Virus record (IMG/VR): IMGVR_UViG_3300017934_000023
Span: 5,280-69,279 of that record
Direction: 5' to 3' (one strand)
DNA length: 64,000 nt
DNA from: a virus
The translations under genes and the position numbers were made by a program. Positions 18,424-28,492 of this stretch are shown in pieces. The notes under the pieces are model-generated. The model saw only the letters and a program-made list of their open reading frames with translations. It ran no database searches and had not been told where the DNA came from. The first letter of the stretch is position 1; every line of letters starts with the position of its first letter.

Positions 18424-20612
18424 TGATTAAACGATTGCATTTTGATCATGAAACGTGTAGTCCACTTGATTTGAAAAAAGTGGGTTCGGACGTGTATTTC
18501 AGTCATCCGCTTACTAAAATATTAATGACTGCGTATGCGTTCGACGACGGTCCAGTTTCTGTGTGGGAAGCCCATACGGGTCCGATGCCGGAAGAGTTGG
18601 TAGCTGCATACAAGAATCTAACCATAAAAAAGTGCGCTTGGAATGCTACATTCGAGCGCACAGCTAATGATAAACTTCTAGACATTTTCATTCCCTTCGA
18701 TGAATGGGAAGATCCTTCCGTGGGCGCTAGGCATCTCTCGATGCCTGGGGGCCTGGATGAAGTTTGTGGAATCTTGGGCCTGCCTTCCGAACTGGTGAAG
18801 AACGAATCTCGGGGCCGGGAGTTGCGGCGTCTATTTACTGAACCTCAGCAAATTAAAAAGAAGAAAGCAGCTACGGATGAAAATACTCTGTTTGCAATTT
18901 CTCCGACCGGCGAAGAGAAGATTGAATACGTCTTCGCAAATCATATTTCCCATCCCAAAGAATGGGCAGAATTCGTGGAGTATTGCCGCCAGGACGTAGT
19001 TGCGGAGCGCGCCGTTCAGAAGCGCACTGACGTTTTTCCCCTCACAGACATGGATACCAAAATGTGGTATCTCGATCAGAAGATCAATAATACTGGCATT
19101 GCTGCGGATAGGGATTTTGCAACCAAGTGTTTGAAGCTTGCTCAACGAGACAAGGATGCTTTCGTAAATAAGCTTCGCGTTATTACCGGCCTCGAAAATC
19201 CTGTATCCAATCAACAGATGCTGCCGTGGGTTCAGCAGCACGGATATCCTTACAACTCATTGCGTAAGGAGCCTGTAGGAACTGCGTTGATTGATGATCA
19301 GGTAAAGCTTACGGATAAGGGTCGGGAAGTCTTGGGTATGCTCAAGTATGCCAAGAAGACTTCCTACACCAAGCTTGAAGCTATCACAACTGCCCTTAGT
19401 TCTGATGGTCGACTGAGAGATCAGTTTTTGTTTATGGGGTCTGCGCGTGCAGGACGTTGGACCGGCCGCAATGTGCAGTTGCAGAATATGGCGCGTCCAA
19501 TTAAGGCTCTTGGAAAGAAAGGTAAACTAGAGTTAGCTATTGAATTAATTAAGGCTATGGATTATGAAGGATTAAAGAGAGAATTCGATCCGGAGCCAAA
19601 AGATCCGAAAAATCCTGGGGACCCAGTTATTGATATAGTCACATCCTGTATTCGGTCAGCTTTCATCGCGGAGCCCGGGAACAGGCTGGATGTCTGCGAT
19701 CTGAACGCAATTGAAAACCGCGTGCTCGGGTGGGTGGCCGGCGAAGACAAGATCCTTCAAGTGTTTCGTGACGGCCGGGATCCTTATCTAGACTTTGCAG
19801 CACGTTGGTTCAATGTTCCTTATGAAGTGATCAAGGCTGCCTACGATAATCACGATACCGACGCAGAGTTCAAGCGGCAGATTTCTAAGCCCGCGGTTCT
19901 TGGTTGCGGATATCGTCAGGCCGGCGGCGACTGGGGAATTAATCCTCAGACGGGTGACAAGGTTAAGAAAGGTCTGTGGGGCTACGCGGAAAATATGCAC
20001 TGCCCCATGACTAAAGATCAGGCCCACGAAGCCGTGGCTGTGTTCCGTGGTGAGTACAAGAAAGTTGTCAACCTATGGTATGATTCGGAGCGGGCAGTCA
20101 TTCGTTGCCTCAAGCAGGGTACGACTGAATGGATTGGCCCCACCCAATTAGTCTGGTGCGATCGCCGCAAGCGCAAGGACGGATCTTATCTTCTGAGAAT
20201 CCACCTTCCTTCCGGCCGGTGTCTGCATTATCTAAACGCCCACGTCGAAGAGCGGGAGAACACAGGGCGGGACGGTACTGTTTACAAGAAAGACACTATA
20301 TTGTATGACGGTATTGACGCAACAAGTGCGAACAAGATGTGGAAAGAGATAGTTACGCACGGCGGGAAGATCGTGGAGAATGTTGTGCAGGCCATCTCTC
20401 GAGACATTCTGGTGCATGCTATGCTTCTCGCTGATGAGATTGGACTTAAGATAGTGGGTCATATCCACGACGAGATAATTTGTGAGGATCCGGATACAGA
20501 GGATGGGTTGGGACTTGAGGATCTGACGTGGTGCATGTCTCAAGTTCCCACTTGGGCCCCGGGATTACCCTTGACAGCGCGCGGCTATAGTGGTAGAGTG
20601 TATAGGAAGTGA
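18423..20612 (+). CDS. polA: DNA polymerase family A with 3'-5' exonuclease domain
   Basis: DHET, WNATFER exonuclease motifs; GRW.G..VQLQN; CDLNAIENR motif A; RQISKPAVLGCGY motif B; HIHDEI motif C. Confidence 0.92.
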   Translation: MIKRLHFDHETCSPLDLKKVGSDVYFSHPLTKILMTAYAFDDGPVSVWEAHTGPMPEELVAAYKNLTIKKCAWNATFERTANDKLLDIFIPFDEWEDPSVGARHLSMPGGLDEVCGILGLPSELVKNESRGRELRRLFTEPQQIKKKKAATDENTLFAISPTGEEKIEYVFANHISHPKEWAEFVEYCRQDVVAERAVQKRTDVFPLTDMDTKMWYLDQKINNTGIAADRDFATKCLKLAQRDKDAFVNKLRVITGLENPVSNQQMLPWVQQHGYPYNSLRKEPVGTALIDDQVKLTDKGREVLGMLKYAKKTSYTKLEAITTALSSDGRLRDQFLFMGSARAGRWTGRNVQLQNMARPIKALGKKGKLELAIELIKAMDYEGLKREFDPEPKDPKNPGDPVIDIVTSCIRSAFIAEPGNRLDVCDLNAIENRVLGWVAGEDKILQVFRDGRDPYLDFAARWFNVPYEVIKAAYDNHDTDAEFKRQISKPAVLGCGYRQAGGDWGINPQTGDKVKKGLWGYAENMHCPMTKDQAHEAVAVFRGEYKKVVNLWYDSERAVIRCLKQGTTEWIGPTQLVWCDRRKRKDGSYLLRIHLPSGRCLHYLNAHVEERENTGRDGTVYKKDTILYDGIDATSANKMWKEIVTHGGKIVENVVQAISRDILVHAMLLADEIGLKIVGHIHDEIICEDPDTEDGLGLEDLTWCMSQVPTWAPGLPLTARGYSGRVYRK

Positions 20613-20621
20613 GGAGAACCA

Positions 20622-21518
20622 ATGACAAAGCTTGATTCACTTGTGGTGACTGGAGACCTGATTTTACTGGACCCGGAGCAGCGTGTTCAGTTCTATGTTC
20701 AGGTCTGTAATGCGATGGGGCTGGATTTTCGTACGCGTCCTTTGCAGTATTTTGAGCAGATTGATCGCAACGGAAAGCGCAATCTGATTCTGTATGCATT
20801 GCGAAATGCGTCTGCGCAATTGCGTGCGAAGCATAATCTTAGTGTCACTTTGTCAGCCCCTGAGTTTAGTTTTGATACCGTCATTTTTACCGCGACAGTT
20901 AAAAATCTTAATGGCCAGCAAGACTCAGCCGTCGGCGCTGAATCCTTGAAAGACCTTGTCGGCAAAGAGTATGCTGATCGCATCATGGCAGCGCAGACGA
21001 AAGCCAAGCGCCGCGCCATTCTGGACTTCGTCGGGTCTGGTATGCTGGATGAATCTGAAATCGAAGGTATGAATGGATCTGTGGTTGAAGTTACTGATTC
21101 GCAGTTGAAGGGATATGTTCCTATTCCTGCGGCTCCCGCGCCGGCTACAGCAAGCGCGCCTGCTACGGAAGTTCTTGAACTGAAAGGCGAAGACGCAAAA
21201 GTTTTTGTTGAAGCTATTGTGAATCCCCCTGCGCCCGTTCCGGCTCTGGTAGCTGCGGCTGAAAAGACGAAGGATGATGCATCAGAGCGAGAGATCACAT
21301 CGCGTTTGAATACGTATCGTCGCGACATTTTGCAACAAGGCGGTATGCGTCCGTCGAAGGGATTTGGAATCGCAGCCAAGTGGTCTAAATTTGTAGCGAA
21401 AAGCGCACCCAATAAATCAATAGAAGAGTACACAACACTTCTGAATGCTTTGGATATTCTGTTAACACAAACTGGAGCGGCTGGAGTTGTTACTGAAATT
21501 GAGCGGGTGATTGCGTGA
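20622..21518 (+). CDS. putative single-strand annealing protein/recombinase
   Basis: L.PEQRVQFY..VC..MGL, LILYA, MAAQTKAKRRA pattern; located between polymerase and helicase/nuclease. Confidence 0.55.
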   Translation: MTKLDSLVVTGDLILLDPEQRVQFYVQVCNAMGLDFRTRPLQYFEQIDRNGKRNLILYALRNASAQLRAKHNLSVTLSAPEFSFDTVIFTATVKNLNGQQDSAVGAESLKDLVGKEYADRIMAAQTKAKRRAILDFVGSGMLDESEIEGMNGSVVEVTDSQLKGYVPIPAAPAPATASAPATEVLELKGEDAKVFVEAIVNPPAPVPALVAAAEKTKDDASEREITSRLNTYRRDILQQGGMRPSKGFGIAAKWSKFVAKSAPNKSIEEYTTLLNALDILLTQTGAAGVVTEIERVIA

Positions 21519-23389
21519 GTGATTTTCCTCTTAATCCGGAACAGCATGAAGCCGTCCGATTCCGTGAAGGTGTCGCTGTTGTTATGAGCGGGCCGGGTTC
21601 TGGAAAAACTAGAACAACGGTGGAGCGCGTGCGTTCCATTCTGGATGAAGGGTGCCCGGGCGATCAGGTCCTGGCTTTGACATTCACGCGCGAGGCCGCA
21701 GAAGAAATGTCCCGTCGCGCCAAGTTGTTAGGCGATCAGAAGATCTTTCGGACGTTTCACAGCTTCTGTTTGGAAGTGATTCACAGGGAAGCATCAAAAC
21801 TTCCATTTACGCTACTTCATGCGCCACCGGAACCCGGACAGCAGCGTAAACTTTTAGGCACGCTGTGTCGTAGTAATAAGCTGGACTTTAAGAAGTTGAC
21901 CAGTTATATTTCTGCGATGAAGCGCAAGGGTGCTACATTTGATGAAGCGATGGAGGCCGCCCGCGGCGCCGAAGGTTTGCACTTGGCAATGGCTTACAAG
22001 CAGTATGAAACCCGGTGCCGGCAAGAGGGCTGGCTTGATTTTGATTCGATGTTGATCGAGAGCGTGCGTCTGCTGTCCACGAATGAGGAAGTTCGTGCGC
22101 GGTGGCAATTCAAGTATGTTCTCGTGGATGAAGCGCAGGATACAGATGATATACAATGGAAACTCGTGCAGCTTATTTCCGAACGGCACGGTAACGTTTT
22201 TGCAGTGGGAGACGAAGAGCAACTTATCTACGAATGGCGTGGCGCCGAAGCTAACGGACTATCCAAATTTCAGGGACGATTCCCTGGATGCCGTGTCATT
22301 TATCTCTTTCGAAACTACCGGTCTACTGAGGAGATTGTGGCTTTTTGTAAAAAGCTTGCTCCCAAGGAAAGTGAACTCATCAGCCGTATGGTATCGGAAA
22401 GAGGCCCTGGACCTGCTCCGCGAGTCGTTAGGTATGCCTCCGACTCCGACGAAGCTTCAAAGACTTTGTCGTCTATTAGCGAGCCCGAACATTCAGCCGT
22501 TCTCGTTCGCACGAACCGTCAGCTTGCCCGGTTCGAGAATGCGTGCATTGATCGGGGAATTAAGTATAACCTCCTCGGGAAATCTGGTTTTTGGACACAG
22601 CCCGAAGTCCGATACCTTCTCGCCTATTTGCAGGCCAGTGAATTCCCTTCCGATGCTGCCGTCAAAACCATCATCCAGTCCCCCTTTCGGGAGACCAAGT
22701 ACCTCAAGAAGAAAGACCTTATTGCGGCGCTTGAGGCTAAGGCGAAATCGGAGAAGGAAAGCTTAGGCAAGGCAGAAACCTTTCTTCATTCCATGACGAC
22801 CCCTGAGATCTTGAATCAGTTCGAGGATCATCAGCGGGACAATATCAAGCGCACCGCTCAGTTCATCCGGTCATTCCGGCACAGTGGTCCCGCACCGGCC
22901 AACATTATTTTGCAAGATATACTTGACAGAGCCGATGTTCGGGTGTACTATGAAACTGAGGAAGAGGGCGACGGAGACAATGATGCAATCGAGAACATCA
23001 ACGAATTATACAAGGTGTCCGCAAGATTTGGGAACGCAAGAGCCTTCTTGGATCACGCCCGAAAAGCAATCGCTGCCTCCCGTAAATCTAAGCAGCCACG
23101 ACTCGCATTGTCCACTGTGCATCAAGCCAAGGGCAAAGAATGGGATCATGTTTTCGTTGCTGGCGTCAATCAGGACGTTCTTCCACACAAGCGTGGTGAG
23201 ATTATGGAAGAGCGGCGCATTTTCTACGTCGCTTGCACGAGGGCTGCTCGGACGCTCACCGTGTCATTCTTTGGAGTGCCATCAGTTTTTCTTAAGGACC
23301 TCTGGACTCCCGAAGCACAGCAGCAACTGGACAGTACCCAATTGCCAGGATTTAATGGACAACCCGGACTGTTCGAAGGATTAGACTGA
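21515..23389 (+). CDS. UvrD/PcrA-like SF1 helicase
   Basis: SGPGSGKT, LTFT, TFHS, VDEAQD, VGDEEQLIY.WRGA, NYRS, STVHQAKGKEW, EERRIFYVACTRA. Confidence 0.95.
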   Translation: MSDFPLNPEQHEAVRFREGVAVVMSGPGSGKTRTTVERVRSILDEGCPGDQVLALTFTREAAEEMSRRAKLLGDQKIFRTFHSFCLEVIHREASKLPFTLLHAPPEPGQQRKLLGTLCRSNKLDFKKLTSYISAMKRKGATFDEAMEAARGAEGLHLAMAYKQYETRCRQEGWLDFDSMLIESVRLLSTNEEVRARWQFKYVLVDEAQDTDDIQWKLVQLISERHGNVFAVGDEEQLIYEWRGAEANGLSKFQGRFPGCRVIYLFRNYRSTEEIVAFCKKLAPKESELISRMVSERGPGPAPRVVRYASDSDEASKTLSSISEPEHSAVLVRTNRQLARFENACIDRGIKYNLLGKSGFWTQPEVRYLLAYLQASEFPSDAAVKTIIQSPFRETKYLKKKDLIAALEAKAKSEKESLGKAETFLHSMTTPEILNQFEDHQRDNIKRTAQFIRSFRHSGPAPANIILQDILDRADVRVYYETEEEGDGDNDAIENINELYKVSARFGNARAFLDHARKAIAASRKSKQPRLALSTVHQAKGKEWDHVFVAGVNQDVLPHKRGEIMEERRIFYVACTRAARTLTVSFFGVPSVFLKDLWTPEAQQQLDSTQLPGFNGQPGLFEGLD

Positions 23390-23925
23390 TGGGACGACCA
23401 CTTATTGATCTAACAGGAAAACGTTTCGGTAATCTTAGTGTGCTTCATAGAGTAAAAGATCGCCGTGTAGGCGATCATTTTGAAGTGTGGTATCGGATTC
23501 AATGTGATTGCGGGAAAAAGAAAAGTATGCGCGGTTACCTTATTAGAGACGGCCGCGCCAGAACGTGTGGATGCGGACAACGGACTAGCAGATATGATAA
23601 ATTTGGTTATCCAACAAAGGAGTATAGAATGTGGTGTGCAGCGGCGCGTAGAGCCCGGGAACTTAAAATTCCTTTCAACATTCATCCGAGTGATGTTAAG
23701 ATTCCTAGCATTTGTCCTTTACTGGGTATAAGGATAAACAGAAACAATAAAACTACAGGAAAAAACAGTCCATCAATAGACCGTGTTATTCCCTCTCGAG
23801 GGTATGTTAAAGGAAATATTTTGATTATAAGTCATCACGCAAATCAAATCAAAAATGATGCGACACTTTTGGAGTTACAAAGGATCACCAAAAATCTGGA
23901 GAAAATATGGGCTTCCTTTATATAG
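23389..23925 (+). CDS. HNH-type homing endonuclease
   Basis: DLTGKRFG.L.V...CDCG...TCGC N-domain; CPLLG...PSIDR...GYVKGN...AN.IK. Confidence 0.85.
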   Translation: MGRPLIDLTGKRFGNLSVLHRVKDRRVGDHFEVWYRIQCDCGKKKSMRGYLIRDGRARTCGCGQRTSRYDKFGYPTKEYRMWCAAARRARELKIPFNIHPSDVKIPSICPLLGIRINRNNKTTGKNSPSIDRVIPSRGYVKGNILIISHHANQIKNDATLLELQRITKNLEKIWASFI

Positions 23926-25106
23926 ATTCAAATGGTGATGTTCGCAACCGCCACAGCTACAGCGCCGGCCTCGAGTTCGATCACTGTCCGTATAAGTATT
24001 ACTTGCACCGTGTGATTGGGTGGCGTGAGAAGGATTCTAAGGCCGCACTGCTATTCGGCCGCGCCCTAGAAGATGCGATCGAGTTTTATCACAAGACCGG
24101 CGGGAAGTTAGGTGAAGAGGAGTTTATGCGCCTGTGGACAATGGCTAAGGGTAAGCAACTGACTTATACCAAACGTGAGATCAACTGGGAAAGTCTAATG
24201 CGCGCCGGCAGGGAAATGATGAGGCTGTATATTATTCGTCAGCCTAAACTTCCGATTCCATTGGACACAGTATTTCAAAGGCAATTTACTAAGGAAGTTT
24301 TTCCTGGGGATCCAAAGCTAGGTGGTATTGAATTTTTTGCTAAGTTGGATATGATTGCCTACACGCAGCCAGATCATCCAATGCTTCCGACGGTCCCGTG
24401 GAATCCGGAGAAGGGTGCTTTCCGGCCGGTGATCATCGACATCAAAACTAGTGGCATCGACTTAGACGATACTAAGGGAATAGTTGCGCACGATCTTCAA
24501 CTCCGGCAATATGCCTGGGTTCGCGGCATATATGATGTGGCTTTTCTGTGGTTTAAGAAGTCTCCGCATGGCATCAAGAAAGGATCTAGCGTCACTCTTT
24601 TAGCTGATGCTGGCCGCTTTGCCGCGGGCGATGAAGCCGTGATCGCATCCGTGGAAGGTGAATCAGCCTATGTTGTAGGCAACGATGTCATGCTTGAGGA
24701 AATGAATAAGGCCCAGGGACGTAAGGAAGACGGCGGCCTGGATACTAAGAAAGAAGCCAAAGAGCGTGCCCGCTTGTGGCGTGAACAGAATGCGGTCCTG
24801 GTCCCGCTTGTGGATATCACCAGGCAGCGTATGCAATTCAGCGCAGGCATTGTGGACCCGAAGAGCGCTGAGGACGCGGGACAAATCGCGGCAGATCAGA
24901 TAGTTAAGATCGTCAACGCATGGGAATCCAATAAGTGGACGAATACCTTCGGGGTACGTTTTCCACATGATGATCGAAGAGACGGATATTTTAAAGCTTT
25001 TTGCTTGCAAGATACCGTTTTTCGTGATAGCATATTTGAACAGAAAGCAGAAGAGGATTTGAATGATTACTTCGATGAGCCAGAGGAGGAAGGAAATGAA
25101 GGTTAA
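23907..25106 (+). CDS. PD-(D/E)XK nuclease (RecB/AddB/Cas4-like)
   Basis: SYS...CPYKYY, FGRAL, KLDMI, IIDIKTS, QLRQY. Confidence 0.8.
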   Translation: MGFLYIDSNGDVRNRHSYSAGLEFDHCPYKYYLHRVIGWREKDSKAALLFGRALEDAIEFYHKTGGKLGEEEFMRLWTMAKGKQLTYTKREINWESLMRAGREMMRLYIIRQPKLPIPLDTVFQRQFTKEVFPGDPKLGGIEFFAKLDMIAYTQPDHPMLPTVPWNPEKGAFRPVIIDIKTSGIDLDDTKGIVAHDLQLRQYAWVRGIYDVAFLWFKKSPHGIKKGSSVTLLADAGRFAAGDEAVIASVEGESAYVVGNDVMLEEMNKAQGRKEDGGLDTKKEAKERARLWREQNAVLVPLVDITRQRMQFSAGIVDPKSAEDAGQIAADQIVKIVNAWESNKWTNTFGVRFPHDDRRDGYFKAFCLQDTVFRDSIFEQKAEEDLNDYFDEPEEEGNEG

Positions 25107-25632
25107 TTGTTCGGGCGGATGTGGTCGAGTTGCAGAGTTGCCGGGGGCCACAGAACTTTCACAATTTATTTGTTCCCGGTGTGTCGCTCCCGCGGAAGAG
25201 GGATCGTCGTTTCAGAAGTTTGCTTTCGATCCTTTTTTAGATAAGAGGCGATCTGGTAGAGATTTAATTGCTATGAATGCTGCTGCTGGAAATATTCGTT
25301 TTGAGAGGCTGAGTAAGACTGTAGGTAGTGGTTTTCAAATCATAACGCCGCGGAGAGAAGAAAGAGAAATCCCCGAATGGGCTCGTATGAAAGCCGGAAT
25401 TCAAAAAATTCTTCTTACTGCTTTTCCCCGTCTACATACAAGCCTTAGTCAGCGTACCCGCGCTGGTCGTTGGGCACAGGTGATAAATTTGTATTTTGTT
25501 AAAGGTTGGCCAGTTTCGGAAGTCGCGGATGAACTCAACGAAAGTATTACTGTTATAAAAACTTTAACCCGCAGTATCACTCGAACTTCGCAGGGATTAA
25601 GGACAGATGGAAGTGGTCCGCGGTCTAAGTAA
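25096..25632 (+). CDS. zinc finger + sigma-70 region 4-like HTH protein (putative transcription regulator)
   Basis: CxxxC...CxxC at N-terminus; VINLYFVKGWPVSEVADELNES HTH at C-terminus. Confidence 0.55.
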   Translation: MKVNCSGGCGRVAELPGATELSQFICSRCVAPAEEGSSFQKFAFDPFLDKRRSGRDLIAMNAAAGNIRFERLSKTVGSGFQIITPRREEREIPEWARMKAGIQKILLTAFPRLHTSLSQRTRAGRWAQVINLYFVKGWPVSEVADELNESITVIKTLTRSITRTSQGLRTDGSGPRSK

Positions 25633-25636
25633 AAAT

Positions 25637-26266
25637 ATGAAAGAAAAACAGAGCAAAGAAAATAACCTTGTTACGGTTCATACTTGCTTCTCGATTGAAA
25701 TGGGTGATCCTTTTCCTGATGTATGTGCGTGCCGCCGTAAGATTAAATTGCAACATGCGAAGCGTTGGGTTGCTGGTGGAATTGCCGAATGGGTATCTGT
25801 AGGTCGTAAAACTACGCATGATAAAATTTGTGTGATAGGCGGATCAGCTTTGCGCACTCCGCGTGTCGCAACAATCGAGAAAGCACATATCGAACGCGCT
25901 TATGGGGTTGGATGTGGAGGAGACATAGAAGAGGCTGCTCGCATTGAAGCGTATGGAGAAATAAATCGTGAAGCACTTCGCAGCTTGACAGTTTATAAAG
26001 ATCCAGTAGAATTTGATGAGGCTAAGAAAAAAGATTGGGGCACTCCTGTTCTGTACAGCGTGACAAATGATAGGACAGATTATGCAGCGGGTTATGCAAT
26101 AAACAATAGTTCAGATAATTATTGTTCAGGGGAATTGGATGATTTAGATGAAATATTTCCGAAAGGTACACGAACCATATCCGAAGATTTTTTTGAAGTT
26201 GGATGGTGGAATAAACCTAGCCCTTTTAATCGAATAAGTCCTTTTGATGCAGGATGGAATAATTAA
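25637..26266 (+). CDS. hypothetical protein
   Basis: HxC...CxC motif; packed ORF. Confidence 0.5.
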   Translation: MKEKQSKENNLVTVHTCFSIEMGDPFPDVCACRRKIKLQHAKRWVAGGIAEWVSVGRKTTHDKICVIGGSALRTPRVATIEKAHIERAYGVGCGGDIEEAARIEAYGEINREALRSLTVYKDPVEFDEAKKKDWGTPVLYSVTNDRTDYAAGYAINNSSDNYCSGELDDLDEIFPKGTRTISEDFFEVGWWNKPSPFNRISPFDAGWNN

Positions 26267-26275
26267 GGAGAAACA

Positions 26276-26644
26276 ATGAGTGAAGAAATTCTGAATGATG
26301 AACAGATTCAAAATTGTGCAGATAAGGCCACTACTAAGATTGGGGTTTTACTAGCTGCGCTGCGATTTAAAGAGGAGTTCAGGAAGCGGTCGTTCTCCGG
26401 CCGTAATCCTCAATTAGGTCCAATGATCAAGTGCGCTCAATGTGGGTTGCGGCATCGCGACAATGTGAGGCACGATCCAATCAAGTATGCAGATAAGTCG
26501 GGTACGCCCGAAGGTGAAAGCAATCCTATGATTGCACAACCGCGCCGATTTCGTGGTGTAGCCAATGCTTTTGGTTGGCGCGCGAAGCCTGGAAAAATGA
26601 TTTGGATTAAAGAACTTAAGAAGTTCATGACGTTAACTCGGTAA
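26276..26644 (+). CDS. hypothetical zinc-binding protein
   Basis: CAQCGLRH; AAGGAG RBS. Confidence 0.6.
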   Translation: MSEEILNDEQIQNCADKATTKIGVLLAALRFKEEFRKRSFSGRNPQLGPMIKCAQCGLRHRDNVRHDPIKYADKSGTPEGESNPMIAQPRRFRGVANAFGWRAKPGKMIWIKELKKFMTLTR

Positions 26645-26656
26645 GAAAGGAAGATC

Positions 26657-27952
26657 ATGGGCCTGTTCGAAAAGAAGAAACCAGTAACGAAGAAGTTAGA
26701 CGAATCGATTGTTCCTGCAGAGATACAAGAACTCGAAAAGTCTATGAAGGCCAAAGTTGCGGGTCAGGATCGTGCTATTGCGCAGTTCGTGCGCGTGCAT
26801 GAGTCTGTTCTTGCGGGGCTCACTCCGGCAGACCGGCCCCTTGGAGTTTTTCTTTTCGTTGGCCCAACAGGGAGCGGAAAGACTCACGTTGCAGAAGTTT
26901 TTTCTGAGTTGATGGATATCACTCTCATTAAGATCGACTGCGCTGAATTTCAGCACTCTCATGAAATCGCAAAGCTACTTGGCGCACCTCCAGGATATGT
27001 GGGAGGGGAGATTCAGCCAAAGATTTGCAAAGAGACGGTTGAAGCCAAATGGAAAGACAGCAAGAATAAATACACCGTGATTCTTTTCGATGAGATTGAA
27101 AAGGCTCACAATGCGCTTCATCAAGTTCTACTTGGCATTATGGATCGCGCCACTTTGACCTCTGGAAAGAATCAGACGATCGATCTCAAGCAATGTATCG
27201 TTGTTATGACTTCGAATTTAGGATCCGGAGAAGTGAAGAAGTTGCTGCGCACTAGCGGCGGTTATGGGTTCATAAAGAAGAGTGATGATGTTACGCCGGC
27301 CGGAAATGCTTCGCTTGACGAAGATATTTATCGTGCATCGAAGGACGCGGTTCTAAAATTTTTCTCTCCAGAATTTTTCAATCGTGTCGACCGCATGGTT
27401 GTATTCCGCGCCTTGACTGATGAAACTTTGCGTCGAATTCTTGACATAGAGTTAGCTCGCGTTCAGGATAGAATTCTTAAAGCGAAGAAGTTCGTAGCAG
27501 TGGAAGTGTCGGAACGTGGTAAAGATTTCCTGATCAAGGAAGGAACTAGTAAAGAATTTGGTGCCCGGGAACTACGTAGGACCATCGAACGTTTTCTAGT
27601 TTCTAAACTTACGCGTGCATTCGCTACCAATCAGGCTAAAGACGGCGATATGATCCTTGCTGATAAAGAATCAACCAGCGAAGGTCTGACATTGGATATC
27701 ACAAAAGATGTGATGGATCTTCCAATCCTTGAAAAGAACGAAAACACTTCGATATGCAAGCAACCGAAGAGGGCTTGTATTCTTCCGGAATCTCCTACAC
27801 TTCGCGATCCGATGCGGGGAATTGTAGATCCAAATTATTGCGCGCGCTGCGGGTATCGGTGGTATGATGCACATAAGTGTTTCGATTTGGTGAACAGAAT
27901 TCTAGATGATAGTAAACCGGGAAGCTATTGGCGCAGGCCACCTAAGGAGTAG
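26657..27952 (+). CDS. ClpA/B/C-type AAA+ ATPase (D2 module only)
   Basis: VAGQDRA, GPTGSGKT, GAPPGYVG pore loop, LFDEIEK, MTSNLG, PEFFNR, GARELRR. Confidence 0.9.
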   Translation: MGLFEKKKPVTKKLDESIVPAEIQELEKSMKAKVAGQDRAIAQFVRVHESVLAGLTPADRPLGVFLFVGPTGSGKTHVAEVFSELMDITLIKIDCAEFQHSHEIAKLLGAPPGYVGGEIQPKICKETVEAKWKDSKNKYTVILFDEIEKAHNALHQVLLGIMDRATLTSGKNQTIDLKQCIVVMTSNLGSGEVKKLLRTSGGYGFIKKSDDVTPAGNASLDEDIYRASKDAVLKFFSPEFFNRVDRMVVFRALTDETLRRILDIELARVQDRILKAKKFVAVEVSERGKDFLIKEGTSKEFGARELRRTIERFLVSKLTRAFATNQAKDGDMILADKESTSEGLTLDITKDVMDLPILEKNENTSICKQPKRACILPESPTLRDPMRGIVDPNYCARCGYRWYDAHKCFDLVNRILDDSKPGSYWRRPPKE

Positions 27953-27955
27953 GGC

Positions 27956-28492
27956 ATGGCAAATTATGGCAGTTGTATAAATTGGGTATTACGACTTGAG
28001 GATAGCATCCTCTCTGGTAAGATTGAAAATTTGGGAGACGGCGCCGGCCTGACCCGGTTTGGGATCACATCTGTCAACGATAACTGGATAGATCCGGAGT
28101 TTTGGGGGTCTATGCCGCGGGATGCCGCTCTGGAAATTGCAACTCAAGTCTACCATGATAAGTACTGGAACCTCATCAACGGACTTCAGATTGTCGACGA
28201 TGAAGTTGCAGCCACCCTCCTATCCTTCGCTGTCAATGATGGGGTACGACAAGCTATTAGGGAGATTCAGCGCATCGTTGGGGTGCCGGACGATGGCGTC
28301 AGCGGCTCTATAACGATCGCAGCTATCAATCAGGCGTGTGCGGTCAAGGGGGCCCCGAACGTGGCCCAGGGGCTGCGGGAAGCCCAGGAAGCCTATTACG
28401 AGGCGGTCCTGGCCAGGAAACCCCAAGATGAAAAGTTCAGGAACGGGTGGATGAACCGGGCCCGGGCCCGTTATCCGGATCTATCTTATTGA
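27956..28492 (+). CDS. endolysin, glycoside hydrolase family 108 with peptidoglycan-binding domain
   Basis: LRLE...DGAGLTRFGIT, Y..KYW, DG..G..T..A, KFRNGWMNR. Confidence 0.85.
   Translation: MANYGSCINWVLRLEDSILSGKIENLGDGAGLTRFGITSVNDNWIDPEFWGSMPRDAALEIATQVYHDKYWNLINGLQIVDDEVAATLLSFAVNDGVRQAIREIQRIVGVPDDGVSGSITIAAINQACAVKGAPNVAQGLREAQEAYYEAVLARKPQDEKFRNGWMNRARARYPDLSY

Noticed and set aside
20699-21547. Long minus-strand ORFs (also 30142-30846, 37800-38522, 63180-63932 and others)
   Set aside because: Antisense shadows of well-supported + strand genes with no RBS or motifs
23907-25106. CRISPR-Cas system implied by the Cas4-like nuclease
   Set aside because: No repeat-spacer array or other cas genes; context with UvrD and an annealase indicates recombination
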